Assembly: GCA_026936335.1 (NCBI GenBank) | Contig: JAPMXV010000068.1 | Span: 248,001 to 312,000 of the forward strand | Origin: Mantamonas sphyraenae STR306 | Lineage: Eukaryota; Protista; CRuMs | Direction of reading: 5' to 3' | Length of the DNA: 64,000 nt | In this document: piece after piece, positions 57,057-64,000 of the stretch | Layout: each line of letters opens with the position of its first letter | Numbering within the stretch: the first letter of the stretch is position 1 | Notes under the pieces: model-generated | What the model was told of the DNA's origin: nothing | Database searches by the model: none | What the model saw: the letters and a program-made list of their open reading frames with translations, nothing else | Translations under genes and position numbers: made by a program

Positions 57057-58943
57057 TCACACGTAGCTGCTGAACACTTCGGTGTAGGTGCTCTCAAAGT
57101 GCGAGTAGAGGTCGGGGTTGTTTGTACGCAGGACATCGGGGGCTTCGGCAAAGCAGACAAAGAGGGAGACGACGGCGCTCTCGACCACCTCCATGCAGGT
57201 GAGCATCATGACAAAGCCAATGAAGAAGCCAATGGAGACAGCCACAGGCCAATCGGCACTCATGGAACGGGAGGTGTAGGCCCAAATGCCCGACACACAG
57301 GCGGTGATGACGCCGCCGACGAGACAGCCAAACCAGAGCACGTTTGCCACCAGGTTGTCGTTGACAATGGCCTTGAAACCACGCTCCTTGATGAGCTCCC
57401 ATGTGTCTCGGGAGGCCTGGCAGTAGGTCTTTCCATAGATGGCGACCTGGGTGAAGGCATAGAGGTTGAAGTAGGAGACGAGATCGTCCAGGCAGGCCAT
57501 GAGCATGTCCAGCAGACGCAAGAGGGCCACGTGCTTCTCTGCACGCTTGCGCAGCTGGTGAACAATGGAACGGGCTGTTTTGACGAGGGCAATGAGGAGG
57601 GAGCCAAAGCAGATGGAACCAAAGGAGGTGGTGACGGAACGGTACCACGCCTTGCGGGTTGGGTTCAGGGGCATGGCGGTGGTGTTGTCCAGGAAGTACC
57701 AGGTGGCCATGGTGCCTGCAGTGGTGGTGTGCACCACATTCTTGATCACCTGAGAGGTCCAGAAGAAGCTAAACACCAGAAAGACGGCCAGCCAATTCTT
57801 GTGGCCCGTGTCCAGCGTCAGGGCAGCCGCACTGGCAAACACCCACACCATCAGCCACAGAAATTGGGCCAACAGCGCCGCATAGGCCACACGCACAATG
57901 CCCGGGAAGCGTTCCAGAAGGGAGGCCACTGTCTGGAGCAGAGCCGTGGCAAACGGAATCCGGTGTCGCCACGAGTAGTAGAAGAAGGCCGAGGCTGCGG
58001 CAGCAAGCAGGAACATGACACCGGCAAACCACAGCTGGGTGTAGAACATGACACCAGCACCTGCCACGTTCCACAGCACAGAGGCCCACATGGTCAGCTT
58101 GATCAGCGTGCTGGCGTACTGTTTGATAAAGTGCAGCCACAGCGACGCAAGCAACACGCCCACCACCATGCACGTGACACCTGTTGTGTCGTCACACACA
58201 CACACACACGCACACACACACACAAGAGTGTACAACCCAATGGTGTGTTTCATACCGGGGCAACGTGAGGACGCAGGGAGGTGTGTGTCAGCGTTGGGAG
58301 AGAGTGGAGGCAGCAGCTTTCGCAGAATTCTCGCTCAGCCCGCAAACGCGCTCACTCTCTCTCTCACACACTCTCACACACGTACCGATGGAAGCGACGA
58401 CCTTTGCGGCCGTTGGGGTGAAGGAGGCATCCTTGCGGATGGAGTCAAGAGCAGCCTTTTCCTGGGGGTCGTCGTCGCGCAGCCAGGAGATGGAGAGGAA
58501 GAAGAGGAGGAGAATGGCAAGGAGATCCAACAGGTACAACAAGGCAAATGCAAAGTCACGTGGCGCATTGTCGTACTTGAAACGGCGTGGTTGCTTGCTC
58601 TTGGGCTGTGTGGGCATGTGTCACACCCAACATGGTGTCAACACAAGGGCAGGGGGGGGAAGGGGAAGGAAGGGGTGGGCTTTTGTGAAACGGGTGGCAT
58701 CCGGGGGTCGGGGGTCGGGGGGGAACGAGGAGGAAGACTCACCACACCGACAAGGAGCCCCTTGGACTCAAGAGGGACAATGTCATCCTCGTCGTCATCG
58801 TTGGGCATGCGACGAAAGCCTTGCTGCTCGTAGGTCTTGTCCACCTCGCCAATCACAGACACGGGAGTGCCCTTGAAACGGTCTGCCGAGTTGTGGTTGG
58901 AGGCTGTGGCACCCGAATCGGCATTGTATGTGCGATCAGCCAT
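57057..58943 (-). CDS. Choline transporter-like (CTL/SLC44, Pns1) protein, ~3 exons
   Basis: RHRIPFA, FSFFWTSQVIKNVVHTTTAG...WYF, TTSFGSICFGSLLIA, FNLYAFTQVAIYGK.YC. Upstream exons fall in ORFs 58288-58617 and 58638-59066. Confidence 0.88.
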
Positions 58944-59045
58944 TGGGGGCAAGTTGGGAAACGGTGCGGGTTGTTTTGAGAGGTTGCTTTGGTGGGGAAC
59001 GGGCGTCGAGGGGCAGGGCGATCCAAACAAAACCATTTTTGGACG

Positions 59046-62000
59046 ATGCTGAGCATTCTGGACCAACCGTTGGCAGACACCTGGTCAGTGGGTTCATTGC
59101 CAGAGAGTCTACTGGCGGTGGTGCATGGCCTGGGTGTGTTTGTGGCAGGCGCAGGGGCCAACCAGCAAGGCTCCTCTTCCTCCCCCTCCTCGTCCAGCTC
59201 GTCCTCTTCCTCCTCCTCTTCCTCGGGTGGCAGTGGACGACAGAGCAGCAGCAGTCGCATGTCGTCGAAACAACTACAGTGGGACACTGTGGCGGGGGCA
59301 GTGGTACGTGGAAGTCTGTACATCACCCAGTACCAAGTGGCCTTTGTGCCCGACAAGGCTTGGCGTGCACGCGTGTCTCCATTTCGTCTCTTCTTCCCCC
59401 ACCTGGAAGAGATGAGCAGTGTGGTGGCACGCAGGCAGGTCGTCCTCCTCCACTTGCGTACAAAGAGCTTTGTCACCGTCTCCTTCCTTCCTCCAGAGGT
59501 GGACAAGGGCGGCGTCGCCGCATTGCTCTCCCCAGCCATGACCAAACTGTCCACCGCCATGCTTCCACAGGCACAGGCACAGGCACAGTCGCAGGGACAG
59601 GCACAGCAACACGAAGAGGCAGGGGACACGGATGGACACAGTGCACAGGGCAACGGAGGGTCTGCGAAGGGGGGTCATCAGGAATCCTCCAAGAAGGGCG
59701 AAACCAAGGACAACCGGGAGTACACCGACGACGTGTTTGTCGCCATCGATGACGACCACGACACGGTTCGCACGGGCAGGCGGCGACGCACAAGCACCCT
59801 GGGCACACATGGAAGTGGGAACAGCAACAGCAATGGCAATGGCAATGGCAATGGCGAGAGTGTGGAACTTGTGGCATCCCCCAAGAAACAACGCAAGCGC
59901 AAACCGCGCAGCAAATCACGTGTAGCCGCAGCAAGGCTTGCCAAAGTACAGGAAGTGGATCTCAGTGCAGCACACACTCTGATCCGGGCGGCATTGGATG
60001 GCAACATGCACCAGCACGTGTACGCAGGGCTGTTTGGGACGAAGAGCGGGGACGTGGGCTGGAGCGTGTACGATGCGGAAGCAGAGTATGCACGGATGAA
60101 CATTGGATGGGTGGAAGGGGGTGAGGATGGACAGGCGAGCACGGTGGATGCAGGGATGGCACAGGATGAGGATGATGAGGGTGAGGATGGTGATTCTTCG
60201 GGACAGCAGCAGGAGGAGGCTCGCATTCGGTTGAGCAGGGTCAACGACGAGTACCAACTGTGTGCATCGTATCCATCGTTGCTGGCCGTGCCTGCGGGGG
60301 TGTCGGATGAACTGTTGGTGGCAGCAGGGTCGTTTCGTAGCAAGCGGCGCATCCCGGTGGTGTGCTGGTGTGTGCACGACAGCGAGGGCAACACGGGGGC
60401 AGTCATTGCACGCAGCAGTCAACCCATGACGGGCATCTCACGGTCACGCAGTGAGGAGGATGAGGCGTTGATTGGGGCGTTGATGGAGAGTGGAGGGTCG
60501 AAGGAACTGTACTTTGTGGACGCACGGCCCCAGGTGAATGCACTGGGCAACATGGTCAAAGGCGCAGGGTACGAGACACTGGACAACTACACCGGCTGCA
60601 AGCTACTGTTTATGGACATTGAAAACATCCACGCCATGCAGTCGTCGGTGCGCAAGATGGCCACGCTGGTGCACAAGGCAGTGGTGGGCAGTGGGGTCGG
60701 GGCAGCGGCAGCAGCGAGTGGCACGGGCACAGACGGAACGGGAGGGGCAGGGACAGCCATGGGCATGGTGGGAGGCAGTACCAGCGCCGGATTGCAGGTG
60801 GGGATGCGAGAGTGGTTGAACCAGTTGGCAGACACAGAGTGGTTGGGTCATGTGCAGGTGGTACTGCGTGCCTCTGTCAAGGTGGCTCAATTGGTGCAGG
60901 AGGGTGTGTCATGTGAGGTGCACTGCTCCGACGGATGGGATCGCACCTCGCAAATCGTCTCGCTGGCCCAACTCATGCTGGATCCATACTATCGCACCCT
61001 GCGTGGCTTCATGGTGCTGGTGGAGAAGGAATGGCTGAGTTTTGGCCATCGCTTTGCCATGCGTCATGGCCACGCACGCTCTTCCGTGCAGCGCTCCCCT
61101 GTGTTTATGCAGTGGATGGACTGCGTGTGGCAAATCATGCAACAGTTCCCCAGTGCCTTTGAGTACAACGAAGAGTTGCTCGTGTGTGTCCTCGATGCCT
61201 CCTACTCCTGCGAGTACGGCACCTTTCTGGGCAATTGCGAACGCGAACGGCGTGAGGAGCGCCTTGCCGAACGCACCCGATCCGTGTGGAGTTGGGTCAT
61301 TGCACACAGCCAGCAATTCACCAATCCCTTCTATGTGGCACAGGAGGAGGCCGTGTTGCCCAGTGTCCACGTGGGCAAGCTGGCCCTGTGGACAAGACTC
61401 TTTCTGCGCTCCCACCCGGCCTTTCTGCCGCAACGCGGACAGGAACGGCGCGTGGAGGCACTGCTGAATCATGTCAAGCGATTGGAGAGGAAGCATGTGG
61501 AGTTGAAGGAGCAGCTGCGAACAGCGCACAGGGCGTTGGCAGAGTTGGAACGCGGAGATGGCGATGGTGACGACGGCGAGGGGGGTGCGGGTATTGCCAT
61601 AGCAAACGGAGGTCGCAACCAAGGAAACGGAAACAACAACGCAGGTGGGGGCCGAGGAGGAGGAGGAGGAGGATTGGAACTGAGCGAGAGCGTGTCTGTG
61701 ATGGAAAGGGGCGACAGTTTGCTTGTGCGAGATCACAGGACGGGGATCGATGTGGATGGGCTGATGAAACGGATGGCAGAACAGAGAGAGGTGCAAGCGA
61801 GGCAGAACAAGCAGAGGGCAGAGGCAGACGCAGCAGCAGCCAAGGCAATGATGGCACAGATGGAGGCACATGTACAGGGACAACAGAGGGCAGTGGATGA
61901 GGATCAGGCCATCGATTTGTTGTCCAGTCTGCTCACCGAGTCGTTGGACTACACTTACCCTGTGCACATGCTGTCTGCATCGTCGTTGGCCACAGAGGGC

Positions 62001-62333
62001 ACACCGTGGATTCGGGATTCCGATGTGAACGAGTGTGGCCTGTGCCACGTGCAGTTCAGTTTGTTCCGTCGCAAGCACCACTGTCGCGTGTGTGGCAACA
62101 TCTTTTGCGACGACTGTTCCAAGGGTCGCATGGTGATTGAGGAGCGTGGCGACAGGGTGCGTGTGTGCGACGGCTGCATGGAACGCATGGACAAGGTGGT
62201 GGCAGGCCTCTTGGACGACGACTCGTCGGTGGATGGGCGTCCCGGTGGCCTTCACCATCGTCGCAGGGACAGCAGTCTCGACGTGGAGAGTCTTGATGGA
62301 AGTCTCGTGGACGATGATTCCATGGTGGTGTGA
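59046..62333 (+). CDS. Myotubularin-related phosphoinositide 3-phosphatase with coiled coil and FYVE domain
   Basis: HCSDGWDRT active-site motif; FRSKRRIPV; EKEWLSFGHRF; FYVE W..D...C..C...F..RRKHHCRVCG...C..C. Confidence 0.92.
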   Translation: MLSILDQPLADTWSVGSLPESLLAVVHGLGVFVAGAGANQQGSSSSPSSSSSSSSSSSSSGGSGRQSSSSRMSSKQLQWDTVAGAVVRGSLYITQYQVAFVPDKAWRARVSPFRLFFPHLEEMSSVVARRQVVLLHLRTKSFVTVSFLPPEVDKGGVAALLSPAMTKLSTAMLPQAQAQAQSQGQAQQHEEAGDTDGHSAQGNGGSAKGGHQESSKKGETKDNREYTDDVFVAIDDDHDTVRTGRRRRTSTLGTHGSGNSNSNGNGNGNGESVELVASPKKQRKRKPRSKSRVAAARLAKVQEVDLSAAHTLIRAALDGNMHQHVYAGLFGTKSGDVGWSVYDAEAEYARMNIGWVEGGEDGQASTVDAGMAQDEDDEGEDGDSSGQQQEEARIRLSRVNDEYQLCASYPSLLAVPAGVSDELLVAAGSFRSKRRIPVVCWCVHDSEGNTGAVIARSSQPMTGISRSRSEEDEALIGALMESGGSKELYFVDARPQVNALGNMVKGAGYETLDNYTGCKLLFMDIENIHAMQSSVRKMATLVHKAVVGSGVGAAAAASGTGTDGTGGAGTAMGMVGGSTSAGLQVGMREWLNQLADTEWLGHVQVVLRASVKVAQLVQEGVSCEVHCSDGWDRTSQIVSLAQLMLDPYYRTLRGFMVLVEKEWLSFGHRFAMRHGHARSSVQRSPVFMQWMDCVWQIMQQFPSAFEYNEELLVCVLDASYSCEYGTFLGNCERERREERLAERTRSVWSWVIAHSQQFTNPFYVAQEEAVLPSVHVGKLALWTRLFLRSHPAFLPQRGQERRVEALLNHVKRLERKHVELKEQLRTAHRALAELERGDGDGDDGEGGAGIAIANGGRNQGNGNNNAGGGRGGGGGGLELSESVSVMERGDSLLVRDHRTGIDVDGLMKRMAEQREVQARQNKQRAEADAAAAKAMMAQMEAHVQGQQRAVDEDQAIDLLSSLLTESLDYTYPVHMLSASSLATEGTPWIRDSDVNECGLCHVQFSLFRRKHHCRVCGNIFCDDCSKGRMVIEERGDRVRVCDGCMERMDKVVAGLLDDDSSVDGRPGGLHHRRRDSSLDVESLDGSLVDDDSMVV

Positions 62334-62380
62334 AGGAGTGATGATGTCCCAATGTACTTTTGTATTGTCTCTCACTTACT

Positions 62381-63863
62381 CTATGCTGTGACTGTGGTGG
62401 TGAACTCACGCTTCAGCATCTCCAGGGTGCCATCGTCACGCACATTGAGGTGGGCGTGCAACAGACCCAGGTCGCTCCACGCCTGTTTAAAGACATTCAC
62501 ATTTTGGCGAAAGACGCACGGCCACACGTCGTCGTCAGGACACTGTTTGGCGTCAAAGGCCTCGCTGGCGGGCAACTTGTGGGCGTAGGGAAGCCAGCAG
62601 CCTGGCTCTGTGTCGTCGTCAGCGGACGAGGAGTCGCGGGAGGAGGAGGAGGAGGAGGAGGCAGCACGTGCATCCATGGTGCCATGGCCTCCCATGTGTT
62701 GGATGAGATTGTACACAAAGGCCATGTTGAAGCGATCGGCGCCAAAGTGACGCTGTGCCTCGAGGGTGGCCGTGTTGATCCATGCGCCTGTGAGTTGGGC
62801 CACGGAAGCCACGGCCACGTTTTCCAGGAGGAACATGGAGTAGGCACGCATGGATTCGCCATGCATGAGGATGCCATTCATGCCATAGGAGACACGGAGG
62901 GCGGTAAACTGGGGATGGTACAGTTGGACCTTGGCCAGCACGTAGGAGAGGGTTTTCAGTGCAAAGGGACACAACCGCGTGTCATCCTCCACAAACATCA
63001 CATACCGAGATCGACCATGAAGCAACAGGGCCAACGAGGCCACATCGCATGTGTACTGTCGTTCACTGCCACTGGGGATGCCCACCAATTGCTTCTCCTT
63101 TGCCGAGTTTGTGGTTGTGGTGCTTGTGGTGCTGGTGGTGGTACTCTCCTCTCCTTGCTTCCCTGTGTTGGTGCTCTCTTGCGTGTGCTGTGCTTCAAAG
63201 CCCTCAAAGGGGTCGTGGAACCCAGCGGTGTTGTCCACAAAGCGTACGGCCGGGGAGTGGGCATACTTGAGTTTGGCCTGTGCAAAGGCTTCGTGTTTGC
63301 CTGGTGCATGGTTCATCACCACCACCAGGGTGCCACTCTCCACCTGTTCCACAATCGATTCCAGTGTCTCCAACAGTGTCTCCTTGCCCTTTCCCCGGGG
63401 CACCGTGTTGATGGCCACTGTCAATTCCGTGGGTCGCATTTTCCTGTGATCAGAGTGGGGTAGGGTGTGAGTGTGTGTGTGAGAGAGTGTGTGATCCCAT
63501 TCCCCCCCTTTCCGTTCCCTTCCACCCGACCACGTACAAGTCTTCGACAAAGCCAGCGGCAGCCGCCTGCACTTCGACCACCCGTTGTTGCAACTGTTCA
63601 ATGGCAGGTCTTAACCTGGGCAGCTGTTCCTCCATGAACGATGCTGTGCCTCTGAATTGCTTCATGGCTGCGATCCACTTGCGTTCATACTCGCTCAATG
63701 GCCTGTCCAGCACCTCTTTCTTCAGCCGTTCCAACTCCGCCGCCTTTCGCGCCGCCTCCTCCTGTGCACGTCGCATTGCCTCTTGCCGCTGTGTGGTGGT
63801 GTGCACGACAGTGGGTGTGTGGTCAGTCATCACATGTTGGTCACCATTTTGCACAGCACACAA
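62381..63863 (-). CDS. GT-A fold glycosyltransferase (MGAT4/GT54-like); 5' exons probably extend beyond the window
   Basis: LTVAINTVPR...LLETLESI, YVMFVEDD, NLIQHMG. A coiled-coil stem exon lies in ORF 63450-63863. Confidence 0.6.
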
Positions 63864-64000
63864 CCACCACCACCTACCAATGCCTCTTGCCTTTGTCGTT
63901 CCTCTTCCTGCTTTCGTCTCTGTTCCTCCTCTCGTCTCTGCCTCTCTTCCTCCCTTGCCTTTTCCTCTGCCCTCAACCGTGTCTCTTCCTCTTCCCTCTG

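Noticed and set aside
1-64000. tRNA or rRNA genes
   Set aside because: None recognised by eye; tRNAscan-SE or Infernal would be needed to exclude them.

Overview
A gene-dense, GC-rich stretch of a unicellular eukaryote genome, with short GT-AG introns that usually carry a CTGAC/CTAAC branch point and about 20 host genes. The main finding is a pair of related Tc1/mariner-IS630-type DNA transposons, each carrying a very large, intron-containing Fanzor-like (TnpB-derived, RNA-guided RuvC) nuclease gene. Element A (21001-26369, minus strand) has ~26-bp imperfect TIRs, a TA target duplication and no transposase. It splits a surface-protein gene, and removing it restores the reading frame (VYISG-Y-TESATF). 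Element B (40663-48393, plus strand) has related termini and an apparent TT duplication. It encodes an intact-looking DD34E transposase plus a ~1900-aa Fanzor fused to an N-terminal USP-like (peptidase C19) cysteine-protease domain. Both elements end in G-U-rich hairpins between the Fanzor stop codon and the transposon end, where an omegaRNA scaffold is expected. Other notable genes are an NLR-like NB-ARC/TPR protein with 14 near-identical 126-bp repeats, a ~2640-aa PH-PH-11xC2-LTD-LTD-fascin protein, a TPS/TPP with degenerate active sites, a mitochondrion-targeted DUF3501 protein and a stand-alone PADR1 protein. Housekeeping genes include Na+/K+-ATPase, CK2beta, an SLC25 carrier, ATP10, PSTK, TSPO, PDCD2, a CTL/SLC44 transporter and a myotubularin-FYVE phosphatase. 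All calls come from manual motif reading; no database searches were run.
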